Origin: Eledone cirrhosa
Lineage: Eukaryota
Direction of reading: 5' to 3'
DNA: 64,000 nt
Assembly (NCBI GenBank): GCA_964016885.1
Contig: OZ024754.1
Coordinates: forward strand, 34,162,001-34,226,000
Made by a program: the position numbers and the translations under genes. Every line of letters starts with the position of its first letter. The stretch's first letter is position 1. The notes under the pieces are model-generated. The model searched no databases, was not told the DNA's origin, and was given only the letters and a program-made list of their open reading frames with translations. Below, one piece after another: positions 1-13,797 of this stretch.

Positions 1-202
1 CCATGGCGTGAAATGACTGAGAGTACAAAACCAGCCCCAAGACAGGACACCAGTCCATGCAGGATTAAACACCCAGATATTGCTGATACTCATTTTCAAT
101 TGAGTATACTGGAGCAACATGAAATGAAGTGTTTTCCAGGAATCGAACCCACGACATTATGATCAGAAGTTCAACACCTTAACCACTGGGCCACATGCCT
201 CC
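1..202 (-). mobile_element. Diverged tRNA-derived SINE related to family A (partial)
   Basis: Minus strand starts GGAGGCATGTGGCCCAGTGGTTAAGG...GGGTTCGATTCC and shares ACACTTCATTTCATGTTGCTCCAGT with family A. Confidence 0.7.
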
Positions 203-663
203 ACAGCATGGTAGCTTAGCCAATTTAAGAATAAATCAAGAAAATTCTTGATTTATTCTTAAATTGAGTCTGGCAAACCCTATTGTCCATAGTTAGTATT
301 TTTTTCACCTTAGCGAATCTGGTCCCTTATGATTTGAACACATATATGTATATGTCAGTGTTTATCTCTCTTTTATATTCAATTATAATATACGGATCGG
401 AAAAATCTCTTTCCTAGAGCTATTTTATTGTAAGAGACTATTTTGAGTTTCTAACTCAATATATACCTTTGATATATATATATATATATGTTTTGCAAGG
501 GTTTTGATATGAAACAATGAGTGTAACAGTATGACCCTCCCCAAATATAACAATATATATATATATATATACAAATGTAACATCAAATATGTTAGAGTTA
601 TGTGCTTCTCAATAAATTACCTCAATAGACAATATCCAGAGAACATTAAGTCAAAAGTAGAAG

Positions 664-736
<73 letters not shown>

Positions 737-838
737 CATATATTCAAAGAAGACACAGTATATTGTACATATACTAAATACATATTACACAGAACAACAT
801 GTACTCGAGTACATGTTCATTTATATATATATATATAT

Positions 839-1160
839 GGAGGCACATGGCTTAGTGGTTAGAGCATTGGCCTTGCAATCGAAAGGTTGTGAGTTCAATT
901 CTCAGACCGGGTGATGTGTTGTTTCCTTGAGCAAGACACTTTATTTCACATTGCTCCAGTTTACTCAGCTGTAGAAATGAGATGATAGGGACTGGGGTTC
1001 ATATCATTCCACTGTAAAGTGGTCGTGGAGGTCCCACGGCAAAAAAAGCACCCAGCACTCACTGTAAATGAGGTTGGTGTTAGGAAGGGCATCCAGCTGT
1101 AGAAATCAAGCCAGAATCAGTTCCTGTCCCACCCTTGCAAGCAGGGAAAAAGCGGACGTA
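839..1160 (+). mobile_element. tRNA-derived SINE family A (full length)
   Basis: A-box TGGCTTAGTGG, B-box GTTCAATTC, CCTTGAGCAAGACACTT central motif, RTE-like 3' tail ending in (ATG)n. Near-identical to the copies at 12312 and 52037. Confidence 0.9.
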
Positions 1161-1837
1161 AATTGAAATGAATGATGATGATATATATATATATATATAT
1201 ATCTTCTACTTTTGACTGTAAATATATATATATATATATCATCATCATCGTTTAAGGTCTATCTTCCACGCTAGCATGGGTTAGACAGGTTTGTCCCATT
1301 TGAAGCAAGTTTGGTCGGGTGACAGTGTCTCACTCATATAGAACTGTTTCTGGCTGGTTTTCTATGGTTGGATGCCCTTCCAAGCGCCAACCACATTTAC
1401 AGTGTGAGCTGGGAGCCTTTTTACTGTGTCTCCTACATGACCACTTTTGTAAAAATTCCAACTGTGGTACCAAGCGGTTTCGGCTTGTGTATTCAGCAAG
1501 CCTTTTCAAGTTGTATGATGGTTGTACTGGTGCCACAACAAAGAGCACCTCGTCCACTATGTAAGGTGCTTGGCATTATGAAGGCTAATAAGCAAGACAT
1601 TCACCTGACCCAACCTGACTGGCCCCATTATATAACAATCCATCTAATCTAACCCATGCAAACGATGGAAATATACATTAAACGAAGATGATAATGATAA
1701 TAATGATAATGAAATTATTGTGTACAGTGTTTAGGTGCACTACAACTCATCAAAGTTGCATGTATAGTACAATGTCAGGAAAGTGAACAGTGTATGAGTC
1801 ATGATATACATGTGTACGTGTGTATGGAGGTGGGATA

Positions 1838-1872
<35 letters not shown>

Positions 1873-1959
1873 AGCACGACCAGTACCAGTAACACCACCA
1901 CTAGCCCTAACACCACCATTGCCACTATCATACATCCACCAACAACAGCACAATTACCA

Positions 1960-2590
1960 CCTTCACCCCACAACTATCACCAGCACTGCCACTACCACCA
2001 ACAACAACCATCATCAGCACAACCACCACCACAACCATCACCAACAACACCATCACCGCCAACCACCACCACAAACAACACCATCACCAACCACCACCAC
2101 CCCCACAACCATCATCACCGCCAACCACCACCACAACCATCACCAACAACACCATCATCACCAACCACCAACCATCACCACCAAAAACCATCACCAACCA
2201 CCACAAACCATCACCACCACCCACCAACAATAACCACAACCATCACCACCACCACCACCAACCACCACAAACGACCACCAACCACGACCACCAACCACCA
2301 CCAACCACCACCCACCTCTACCCACAACCACCACCCACCACCACCCACCACCACCAACAATAACCACCACCACCACCACAAACCACCACCAACCACCACC
2401 ACCATCACCAACCACAACCATCACCACCACCACCAGCCATCACCACCACTACCAACCATCACCACCACCACCACCAACCACCACCACCAACCACAACCAT
2501 CACCACCACCACCACCACCAACCATCACTGCCAACCACCACCACAACCACCACCACCATACCACCACTATCAAAACCAACCCTGCTGCTA
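1960..2590. repeat. Degenerate (CCA/CAA)n microsatellite
   Basis: Directly visible. A complementary (GGT)n tract lies at 11220-11535. Confidence 0.95.
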
Positions 2591-2852
2591 TCACCATACA
2601 TCTGATATAATCACTGGTTCTAGTCCAGTGCTTTATTTTAAATAGACTGACAGAAGACTTTATGAAAAAAGGGATAATGAGCCTCTAGCTGCTATAGAAG
2701 GTTTTTTTGATAAAGACTTAAGCTCAGTCAATGGAAAGTTATTCCTCATTTGAAAACCATCAACACTACACACTTTTAAACTATTTTCCCATAAAGCAGA
2801 AACAAGAGTTCTGAAACTGTTAGAGGTTGTTTTGTTTTTGTTTTTTTTTAAT

Positions 2853-3620
2853 AAAAACCCTAACTTCCAGAACTGTATTTTCTAAAAACCCTACCTTCCA
2901 GAACTGTATTTTCTAAAAACCCTACCTTCCAGAACTGTATTTTCTAAAAACCCTACCTTCCAGAACTGTATTTTCTAAAAACCCTAACTTCCAGAACTGT
3001 ATTTTCTAAAAACCCTACCTTCCAGAACTGTATGTTCTGAGGGGAAGGGGAATTAAATAAAAACCCTAACTTCCAGAATTGTCTTTTCTGAGGGAGAGGG
3101 AAATTAACCCTTTAGCATTTAAACCAGCTGTATCCAGCCAGAATTCTCTCACCTCTTTCTCTTCAAACCAGCCGTAACTAGCCACTCATACCAATGTTAA
3201 GGTATTGTTCTCAAAATAGATAACATCAAAATTTCATAGCTGCGATATTATGTGAGATAATTATGTGAGGTAAAGCCTTTACTGTGAAAATACAATTGTA
3301 AATATAGAGTAATGTGAATGCTAAAGGGTTAAATAAAAAGCCGTAACTTCCAGAACTATATTTTCTGAGGGAGAGAGAGAAGGGGGATTAAATAAAAACC
3401 CTAACTTCCAGAACTGTATTTTCTGGGAGAGGGGTAATGAAGCCCTAACTATTCCAGAACTGTATTTTCTGGGAGAGGGGTAATGAAGCCCTAACTATTC
3501 CAGAACTGTATTTTCTGGGAGAGGGTGGATAATAAAACCCTAACTATTCCAGAACTGTATTTTCGGTGGGGAGGGGAGGGTCAAATAAAAACCCTAACTG
3601 TTCCCGAACTGTATTTACTG
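2853..3620. repeat. 31-bp tandem repeat grading into about 42-bp variants
   Basis: AAAAACCCTA(A/C)CTTCCAGAACTGTATTTTCT units; later units gain GGGAGAGGGG. Confidence 0.9.
3108..3328. mobile_element. piggyBac-type MITE (TTAA TSD)
   Basis: TTAA|CCCTTTAGCATT...AATGCTAAAGGG|TTAA inserted into a satellite unit. Other copies: 12673-12880, 13798-14005, 14041-14319 and about 6726-6930. Confidence 0.85.
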
Positions 3621-6600
3621 TTATCATCATCATCATTGTCTTAACATCTGCTTTCCCTGCTAACAAGGGTTGGATGGGTCTACATAGACCAAGTCAGGAC
3701 TGATACTGATCTCCCAGACAAGCCAGGATCTTATATAAGACTTAGGTTGGAAGATTTTAATTTACAAGGACTGTTGAAAAGTTCCTAAGCTGACCAAGAT
3801 ACTCTCATGGATTGACAAAATGAGGTTTATTTTCAACATAGTCCCTAGAAAGAAACAATGGTTATTTATAAGAAGAATTGAAATTAATGCAGGCAAGATT
3901 TCACAGCTCTAGCATCACTCCTTCATAGTCAGCCTATGGACTTTTCCATCGACCCTCATTAATAGGAACCCTTTCATAGAAAGAGAGGCACTTGTGGATA
4001 GGTTCATAACAAAAGGGTTAAGACTGAGTTGATCTAATGACTTTAAAAACCAAAATGCGACTGTTCTGATTCTACTACAGTAGACATGATTGGCTGGAAT
4101 TAATCAGCAGAACAAAAGATGTATAATATTTTGGTGCCGTAAAAGACAGAATATTAATAGCCATCTGTTGTAAATTAATCTTCAGTAATTATTAAGCAGG
4201 GAATTAATGGATAAGAATAACATTAATGCAAAATAAAAGCTTTACCAGTGACACAGTTTACTATTATGCATTTTCCAAATGCATCACATCAGAATTCTTA
4301 TATAAGTTTAACCCGGAATAGTTGCCAATACTTAAGAAAACACAAATGTGGCCTAGACTTGAATATTCAACATACATCTGGAAAAAATCACCTACTACAG
4401 TTATGTATAGATACACAGATTCAAGACAGAATCTAGCAAGAGCTGGTACCAGAATATTTAGTGCTCTAGGCTAGCTCTACAATATGTACCCCTATACTTC
4501 CAGTTATGCACTCCATTCTCCCAAATAATTTCAACTTACAGTTAATAAGCTGACAAGACCTAGGTTTTGACATTTCTTGCTCTGACTGCAATAAGAAACA
4601 ATAAGAAAATTACTAAGCTTACAGTTTCCTCTACACAGTCCACATTCACCCATGCCAAATCATGTGACAGGTCATAACACCATACGACCCCCTCCCCCTC
4701 TCTGTATATTTCTACAAAGCTGCTACATGGCAAATTTATTGATCACAGGAAATTATTTCGATATATATTTAATCCAGTTAAGTCAAGCACCGCCAGACAA
4801 CTTCTCCAAATTCTTCATTCCAAGAACTGCATCCCATTGAAAATATCTCTCTTCAGCAAAGGGCAAAACACTTGTTTGAGAGGGTATGGTGGGGGTTCTC
4901 CGAAGCCTTTTTGCTGTCCAGCTGTCCTGAGAGTTTCTTACCACAAATTAACAACAACTAAACTAACTTCACCCAGTTTATGAGGACTTCAGCTCTTAAC
5001 ATTCTGTATCACATGAAACCACATTAGCAAGGAATTCTTGAAAACTCCTAAACAGCATTGTGATTGCATCACATTAAAAATTAAAGTCTTTACACTAATA
5101 CTGCAAATTTTCACAACAATCTGTCCACAAGTAAAGATACTATAAAGATTTAAATTAACAAACCACATGAAACCACATTAGTACGGCATTCTAGAAGTGT
5201 TTACTGCAATGAAAGTTTTCATAAGGATCTATCCACTAGTAAATATACTATAAACATTCAAATTAAAAAACCCATTTTTTAGATATTTTCTGTTCAATCA
5301 TTACAGGCTGTTAAGTGCTAAAAGGCAATGTCTCACTGTTTTTGCACACTAAAGAATGAATTAAATAAATAATATTTAAAAAAGACAAGAAAAATATTTG
5401 GCAAAAAAGTTGCTCTACAACATTTATGAAAATGCTAACCTTTTTATTTTGTGTCTCTCTCTTCAGTGTGAACTTTCCATCATTCATCATGTTTTTTTTT
5501 CCACAAAAATGATTTACACTAATTTCCCTATTTACATAATTTTTATTTTCAATTTTCTTTTTTTTTCTTATGCAGTGAGTCCATCTGCGAATTTACGCCT
5601 AAAACCTTACAATAAATACACTACCACCCCATTTACACCCCAGATCTTGTGGTTTTGTTAAATAAGAAAGAAAAAGAAAAAAGCACAAGCAAAAAGAATT
5701 TGTTTGACTGACACGTATTAACATGACATCAAAGCTTTCTTTAACCTCACACTAAACAGTCAAACCACCAAAGTTGTATGTACTGACTTAGCTAATATAT
5801 TTTATGATATTTTCTTCTTTCATCTATACAAACTAAGTATAAATCTTATTTCTCAGAATGAGATTGTGGACTGGACGAAAGATCGCAACATATGGAGAAA
5901 TGCTGAAAAGGACCCAGCCAAGCCATGCAAGCATGGAAAAATGGACGTAAAATCGATGATAATGATGATGATAATGAGTGCCTGTAGCTTTAGCAACTCA
6001 CACAATACAGATTTTGTAGTTTGGGGTAACATGAAAAACTTCATTAAAAGTTTCTCAATAATATTAACATAGAATCATTTTGAAAATAATTAAGAATTTG
6101 GAAAAATTTAGTAAAATAACTAACTAGCATCGTTGCAAAACATGTTAACACATTTGATGATGATAATGATGATGATGATGATGATTACCTAAAGAAACTT
6201 TAAGACAAGATGCCAAAATTAACCCTTTTGAACCACTAGTTCTGATATAAAACTGTTTATTTTAAAGTGTTTATATTTATCTAAAAAAATCTTCCACCAT
6301 AATTTTATGTAAGAACCTTTGTTATGTCATGTTCCAAATAGCAGCTTAATGAGAAAATTAGTTACATTACTAAATACCTCAATTTTCATGAAAACCATAG
6401 GCTGTGTCTTTCATTTAAAATATGGTAATGAAAGGGTTAATGTATTTTGACTGTAAAATTAATTCTATTACTGACTGAAAAATCAAACAGTAAATATTGA
6501 TTTATTCAATCAATACAAGATAATAGAAGTATAATCTAATCAATTAAAAAACATTGTTCAATATCAGAAATCAATTATAAATTTTACATCTTTTGGGTGT

Positions 6601-7396
6601 GCATATCTTGCTTTTTTATGTTTATTTTTATTAGTTTCAGTCACAAAATGGCAGCCAAGATGTGACACTACCTTCAAGGTTTTAGTTGATTGTATTGTGC
6701 CTGTATTACAGGAAAGAAGAATGGCCCTTTAGCATTTAGCATTTACATTACTCTATTTACTATTGTATTTTCACATAATTATCTCAGATAATATTGAATC
6801 TAAGAGATTTTGATAGTATTTATTTTGAGAATACCTTAACATCAGTATGAGTGGCTGGTCACAGCCGGTTTGAACAGAAGGAGATGAGAGAATTCTGGTC
6901 AGACACAGACAGTTTAAATGCTAAAGAGTTAACTCCTGATGAAGTCATAGGGGGGAACTGTGTGTCTGTGTGTGTTTGTGAGAGAATCAACCCAGCACTG
7001 GACTGGTATTTTGCAAGTTTCAAAAGGATGAAAAACAAAGTAAACCTCAGAGTAATTTGAAGTGAGATGAAACAAATACCTAGGCCCTTTTTAATCCAAC
7101 CCCCTAATAACTGTGCCTCTTTGCTGCCTTAATTACAGGACAGACTCAACAGTAATTGAAGAATTTTAAGTGAGAAAGATGAAAGAAAGGCTCAGTCTCA
7201 ATTAAGGGTCATTAGAGAGAGGGGACATTGACAAGAATGATACATGGATTATTTATGTGTGAAAGGGTTTCACGTCCTTTCTGTAAGTTCTAAGGCCTTT
7301 CACCCTCTCTTTTTTCTCTGACTCAATATTAACCTCATAAATAAGGGTTTCTAATCTAGCCATTGATGGAGGTCTCATCATACATACACATATATG

Positions 7397-7427
<31 letters not shown>

Positions 7428-7910
7428 GATATATACACACACATATACATATATATACATACATACACACACACACACAGATATGACTGATCCAGCCTAT
7501 GTTAGCATGAAAAACAGATATAATGGTCTACATATGTACACAAATTATTAGAGAGAGACAGAGGAAAAACATATGAGAGAGTGTGGAGGAGGAAGAGATC
7601 ACAGAAGTGACAAATTGAAAAAAGAAACAAACATGCAATATATATCTTTATGTGTGTGATCAACCATTAAGCAGAGGACTCAATACATCTGAAAGCAAGG
7701 CCGGATCTCTTGAAATAATTACATATTAATCCTGATGAATACCTAATACATGTGAAACCAATGCAAGGTACCTTAAAATAATAACATGGTAATAACCATG
7801 ATTGATGATATCAAAGTAAAGTCTAAATGAATCTTATATTCTTTCCTCTACAGTTCGATCAAAAAGATCAAGGTCTGATTAGCTTTCTTTCTTCCTAACA
7901 GAAATATAGT

Positions 7911-8761
7911 TTCTTTGGTACAATCTGACAATCTCCCCTCTTCAGCCAGGAGTTGCAACCAACAGATTCTATCAGCAATGGAAAGACCAATACAAACGTA
8001 GTTTCCTTGCTACAATCTGACAATCTCCTCTCTTCAGCCAGGAGGTGCAACCAGCAGATACTATCAGCAATGGAAAGACCAATACAAACGTAGTTTCCTT
8101 GGTACAATCTGACAAACTCCTCTCTTCAGCCAGGAGTTGCAACCAGCAGATACTATCAGCAATGGACAGACCAATACAAACGTAGTTTCCTTGGTACAAT
8201 CTGACAATCTCCTCTCTTCAGCCAGGAGTTGCAACCAACAGATACTATCAGCAATGGAAAGACCAATACAAACGTAGTTTTCTTGGTACAATCTGACAAA
8301 CTCCTCTCTTCAGCCAGGAGTTGTAACCAACAGATTCTAACAGCAATGGAAAGACCAATACAAACGTATTTTCCTTGGTACAATCTGACAATCTCCTCTC
8401 TTCAGCCAGGAGTTGCAACCAACAGATACTATCAGCAATGGAAAGACCAATACAAATGTATTTTCCTTGGTACAATCTGACAAACTCCTCTCTTCAGCCA
8501 GGAGTTGCAACCAACAGATTCTATCAGCAATGGAAAGACCAATACAAACGTAGTTTCCTTGGTACAATCTGACAATCTCCTCTCTTCAGCCAGGAGTTGC
8601 AACCAACAGATTCTATCAGCAATGGAAAGACCAATACAAACGTATTTTTCTTGGTACAATCTGACAAACTCCTCTCTTCAGCCAGGAGTTGTAACCAACA
8701 GATTCTATCAGCAATGGAAAGACCAATACAAACGTATTTTTCTTGGTACAATCTGACAATC
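7911..8761. repeat. 92-bp tandem satellite, about 9.2 copies
   Basis: Unit GGTACAATCTGACAA(A/T)CTCCTCTCTTCAGCCAGGAGTTGCAACCAACAGAT(T/A)CTATCAGCAATGGAAAGACCAATACAAACGTA(G/T)TTTCCTT. The ORF starts in the track are spaced exactly 92 nt apart. Confidence 0.95.
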
Positions 8762-9212
8762 AATTCCTTTTTATTTTTATCTTGAAACCACACCCAAAAG
8801 TACACATTAACCTACAGTCAGTAGGCCCCTCCTAACCAAATATACACCCCAACCCGCTACCCCTACTCCCACCCCCACCAACACCACCCTTTCTCTGTAA
8901 AGTTGTGTAGGTACCACAATATCCAGTCACAACTAAAGAGGTTGTGTAGGTGTCACGACAAAAAAAACACACACAGTCCACGCTGTAAAGTGGTCGTGTA
9001 GGAAACACGGTAAAAACCTCCCAGTCCACACTGTAAATGTGGTTGGTGTTAGGAAGGGCATCCGGCCGTAAAAAAAGGATGAAAGGCAAAGTCAACCTCG
9101 GCGGTTTGACTTTGTGTGTGTGTGTGTGTTTATGTGTATATATATGTATGTGCGTATGTATATATACATATATATATGTATGTGCGTATGTATATATACA
9201 TATATATATGTA

Positions 9213-9243
<31 letters not shown>

Positions 9244-10058
9244 GTATGTGTGTATGTGTATATATGTATATATATGTGTGTATGTATATATATGTATATA
9301 GATGTATGTATGTATGTGTATATATTTATATAGATGTATGTGTATATATGTATGTATGTATATATGTATATATATGTATAAGGGAGAGATGACCCCTTAG
9401 CCTTTGTCAAGGCAGAATTCTAGGAGAAGGAAAACTCTGATATAACACCTGCAACCCTGATGGTATCCAATGATGTTGACTTGTTCTTCTTTTTGGTAAA
9501 TATCATCTAGGTTAAGAGAGTGGGACTGGCTTTGTGCAGTGCCTTTGCTCACTATAAAAGCTTCACGGCACAGGCATTGCTTTATATCTGGAGATCTCTC
9601 TGCACTTGTCGTCACATGGTACCATGGGCCCAGCACTATGTCTCAATAATTGTCACAAGTGTAGTGTTTGTACCAGAGTTTTCAAGTCGCTGGCTGGACT
9701 AAAAAGTCACACTCGTTCAGCGCATCGGTAGGGGTTCTCCTACATGGATATAAAGTAGTGGCCATACTCGAAAACGAGTTGGCAGCCACCATATATATGT
9801 ATGTATATATATGTATGTATTTATATATATATGTATGTATATATATATATGTATGTATATATAAATACATACATATATACATACATATATATATAAATAC
9901 ATACATATGCAGTTTTATAAATAAATATTGACATACCCTTAAAGAATGCAACCATTACTGTTAGAAGCTCCCAGATAGACTATCCAGGAGCTTCCAACAG
10001 TAATGGTTGCATTCTTTAAGGGTATGTCAATATTTATTTATAAAACTGATCTATATTA

Positions 10059-10123
10059 TATTTTATCTGATGAAAGCACACCATAATTTAACTTGGTGTC
10101 CTTGAAATATGTATAATGAAATA
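10059..10123 (+). ncRNA. Type I hammerhead ribozyme, intact core
   Basis: TATTTTAT-CTGATGA-AAGCACACCA(TAATTTAACT)TGGTGTCCTT-GAAA-TATGTA-TA-ATGAAATA. Stem I 8 bp (one G-U); stem II 9 bp with one C.C mismatch; AUA triplet. Confidence 0.8.
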
Positions 10124-10162
10124 AATATGGTTTTATAAATATAGTTTCCATTTGTTAATATC

Positions 10163-10202
<40 letters not shown>

Positions 10203-11804
10203 TAGGTGTCACGACAAAAAAAAACACACAGTCCACGCTGTAATATGGCCGTGTAGGCAACACGGTAAAAACCTCCCAGTCCCACACTGTAAATGTGGTT
10301 GGTGTTAGGAAGGGCATCCAGCTGTAGAAAACCCGCCAGACAGTCCTATGTGAGCAAGACAACCACTCTTGCCTCAAGTGGGAAAACTCCCGTCCAAACC
10401 CATGCAAGCGTGGAACATGGACGTTAAACGATGATGATGATGATGATGACATAGATATATATAGAGTAAAATAACAAGAAATATAGAGATAGAGAGATGT
10501 AGTACAGGAAAGAAAAAAACTGTCTGATTCAGTCAGTATTTTATTGAAATCTTTTTAGCTTCTGGACAAAAGTGTATTGCAGAATTTCTTAGTGGAACAT
10601 ATAGCTCTGAAAAGACATTAGATTCCTTTGAACATTCTGGAATCGATTGGGTAATGTACTTAGTGAAAATAGGAAATGGAATATGGCGGACAGACACAGA
10701 GATTTTGTGTATTGTGTGTGTGTGTGTGTGCGTGAGAGAGAGATTATGTGTGTGTGTGAGAGTGTGTGTGTGAAAGAGTGTGTGTGTATGTGTGGGTGTG
10801 AGAGTGTGTGTGTATGTGAGAGAGTGTGTGTGTGTGTGTATGTGAGAGAGTGTTTGTGTGTGTGTGTGAGAGAGAGTGCGTGTGTATGTGTGAGTGTATG
10901 TGTGAGTGTGTGTGTGTGTGAGTGTATGTGTGTGTGTGAGTGTGTGTATGAGAGTGTCTGTGTGAGAGTGTGTGTGTGTGTGAGTGTATGTGTGTGAAAA
11001 TTGAATGGAGGAGGGGGGTTTAACATTTGTTGTTGTTGTAATTTCATTCCAACTAGATTTTGTGTGTGTGTGTGAGCCAGTGTGTGTGTGAGAGTGTATG
11101 TGAGTGTGTGTGAGTGTATGTGTGTGAAAATCGAATGGAGGAGGGGGGTTTCATATATTTGTTGTTGTAATTCCATTCCAGCTAGATTTTGTGTGGAGAA
11201 AATAGAACAGGTCCATAGTGGGGTGGCAATGGTGGTGGTGGTGGTGGCAGTGGTGGTAGTGATGTGGTGGCAATGGTGGTGGTGGTGGCAGTGGTGGTGG
11301 TGGTGATGTGGTGGCAGTGATGGTGGTGGCAGTGGTGGTGGTGGTGGCAGTGATGGTGGTGGCAGTGGTGGTGGTGGTGGCGGCAGTGGTGGTAGTGATG
11401 TGGTGGTAGTGATGGTGGTGGCAGTGGTGGTAGTGATGTGGTGGTAGTGATGTGGTGGCAGTGGTGGTAGTGATGTGGTGGCAGTGATGGCGGTGGCAGT
11501 GGTGGTGGTGGTGGTGGCAGTGATGGTGGAGGCGGTTTTAATATATTTGTTGTTATAGATTCTGTTGTAAAACAGTCAAACAAATGGGGTGGTGTTGTTT
11601 ATTTTGTTGTTGTTGCTAGATTTTGCGTACAAAGATCATCAAACAAATCGGGTGGGGAGGTCCATCAGGTGATGTGGGTGGGGTGGGGTTGTTTCTTTTT
11701 ATTCAAATCTTTATTATTTTTTTGCACTTGAAATATAAAATAATAATAATAATGATATAGTGAAATATCTCACTTGTGAACAACAAATGGAAGGGAAATT
11801 AGAG

Positions 11805-12105
11805 GAAGGAAGAAGAAGGCGAAGAAGAAGGCAAAGAAGAAGAAGGCGAAGAAGAAGAAGAAGAAGAAAGCGAAGAAGGCAAAGAAGGGGAAGAAGAAGA
11901 AGAAAGCGAAGAAGGCAAAGAAGAAGAAGAAGAAGAAGAAAGCGAAGAAGGCAAAGAAGGCAAAGAAGAAGAAGGCAAAGAAGAAGGCAAAGAAGAAGAA
12001 GAAGGCAAAGAAGAAGAAGGCAAAGAAGAAGAAGGCAAAGAAGAAGAAGGCAAAGAAGAAGAAGAAGAAGAAGAAGAAGAAGAAGAAGAAGAAGAAGAAG
12101 AAGAA
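11805..12105. repeat. (GAA)n purine tract with GGCAA/GCGAA interruptions
   Basis: About 300 bp, almost purely purine on the + strand. Confidence 0.95.
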
Positions 12106-12311
12106 ATTTGAGGGAGGGGAAAGTCAAATATATAAACCCCAGTACTTGACTGGTACTTTATTTTATCAACCCCAGAAGGATGACTAGCAAAGTTGACCTC
12201 AGTAAGATCTGAACTTAGAACACTTTCAATATCTAACAACAACCCCACATTTCAAAAGTTTCTATCTTTCTAATAAAATAATATCCTTTTTAAAATAAAA
12301 TCAAATACTAC

Positions 12312-12643
12312 GGAGGCACATGGCTTAGTGGTTAGAGCATTGGCCTTGCAATCGAAAGGTTGTGAGTTCAATTCTCAGACCGGGTGATGTGTTGTTTCCT
12401 TGAGCAAGACACTTTATTTCACATTGCTCCAGTTTACTCAGCTGTAGAAATGAGATGATAGGGACTGGGGTCCATATCATTCCACTGCAAAGTGGTCGTG
12501 GAGGTGCTACGGCAAAAAAGCACTCACTGTAAATGAGGTTGGTGTTAGGAAGGGCATCCAGCTGTAGAAATCAAGCCAGAATCAGTTCCCGTCCCATCCT
12601 TGCAAGCAGGGAAAAGCGGACGTAAAATGAAATGATGATGATG
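12312..12643 (+). mobile_element. tRNA-derived SINE family A (full length)
   Basis: Near-identical to 839-1160, with an (ATG)n tail. Confidence 0.9.
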
Positions 12644-12672
12644 ACTACAAGATATTTCACCCAATACCTTAA

Positions 12673-12880
12673 CCCTTTAGCATTTACATTACTTTATATA
12701 TACTATTATATTTTCATGTTAAAGGCTTTATCTCACATAATATCGAATCTATGAGAATTCAGTATTATTTATTTTGAGAACAATACCTTAACATCAGTAT
12801 GAGTAGCCGGTTACAGCTGGTTTGAACAGAAAGAGGTGAGAGAATTCTGGCCGGATATGGCCGGTTTAAATGCTAAAGGG
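12673..12880. mobile_element. piggyBac-type MITE
   Basis: Perfect CCCTTTAGCATTT TIRs and TTAA TSDs. Confidence 0.85.
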
Positions 12881-13194
12881 TTAATCATTCTTATCATCAA
12901 AAATATCGATGTATGTCCCCATTTTCATGCTGGCATGGGTTGATGGATTGTTACAGTCGATGACTAGACATGGCCCGACACAGAGAACCACATCTTGCTC
13001 TGATCTTCCATAAAGATACTGACAATTTGCTGATTTCAAAATATGATTTATTACCTTCTCGAAAATATGGAGACTATTACCTACTTCATGATTTAGGTTA
13101 AGTGTAGTGATAATTTGGTTTTCTTAGGAGGAAAAAAACAAACATATATAGAAAGCTGTTAAGAATTTCTTTTGTAAAATATTTTTAAACTATA

Positions 13195-13396
13195 TGAGGG
13201 TGGGTTGAAAAGTTCATTGGCTGATTATGAAGGAGTAATTAATGGTAGGGATGTGAAATCTTGCACGCATTAATTTCAACTCTTCTTATTAATAACTGCA
13301 TCGTTTCTTTCCAGAGACTATGTTGAAAAATAAACCTCATTTGGTCATTCCATGAGCGTATCTTGATCAGCTTATGAACTTTTCAGCCGATCCTCA
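13195..13396. mobile_element. mariner-type MITE (TA TSD)
   Basis: TA|TGAGGGTGGGTTGAAAAGTTCA...TGAACTTTTCAGCCGATCCTCA|TA. Related copies at 3765-3958 and 46592-46770. Confidence 0.75.
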
Positions 13397-13797
13397 TAGT
13401 GAAATCATACATTATTGTTCCAATTACAGAGGGACCTCCTTGTTAAGCCTCCCTTGTAAAGTCTATGCTAAGTGTTTGGCAAAGAGATGCTGGGAAATTG
13501 TTGAGTCGAAGGTAGCTGATGAACAGTGTGGTTTTCACCCGAGACAGCACAGCCGACCAAATATTCACTATTTAACTACTGAAATATAATATGTTTCATG
13601 AAATGATAAGATTACAGTTGATGAGGCAGTTCCAGGTAGTTTGGTACTGACAGGGTTAATTCTCTGACTATAAAACATTAGCTTAAAAAGGAGCCCCTTG
13701 ATGAGTATGAAACTGGTTGTAGGGCTTACAATGATAAACCTTGCTTTAACAAAAGCTGGTCTTAAAACCTTGCTTTAGCGGGGAAACTGGTCTTTAA

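Noticed and set aside
839-912. Functional tRNA gene
   Set aside because: It is the tRNA-derived head of a SINE repeated three times with body and tail, and the acceptor stem is poor.
7732-7775. CTGATGA...GAAACC...GGTA possible hammerhead
   Set aside because: Stem III is plausible, but stems I and II do not pair convincingly.
7911-8761. CRISPR-like array or hammerhead satellite (minus strand has CTGAAGA...GAAAC)
   Set aside because: No unique spacers or cas genes, and the context is eukaryotic. Stems I and II of the putative hammerhead do not pair.
11760-12149. Protamine-like poly-Arg ORF
   Set aside because: It is the translation of a (GAA)n microsatellite, has a GTG start and shows no gene features.
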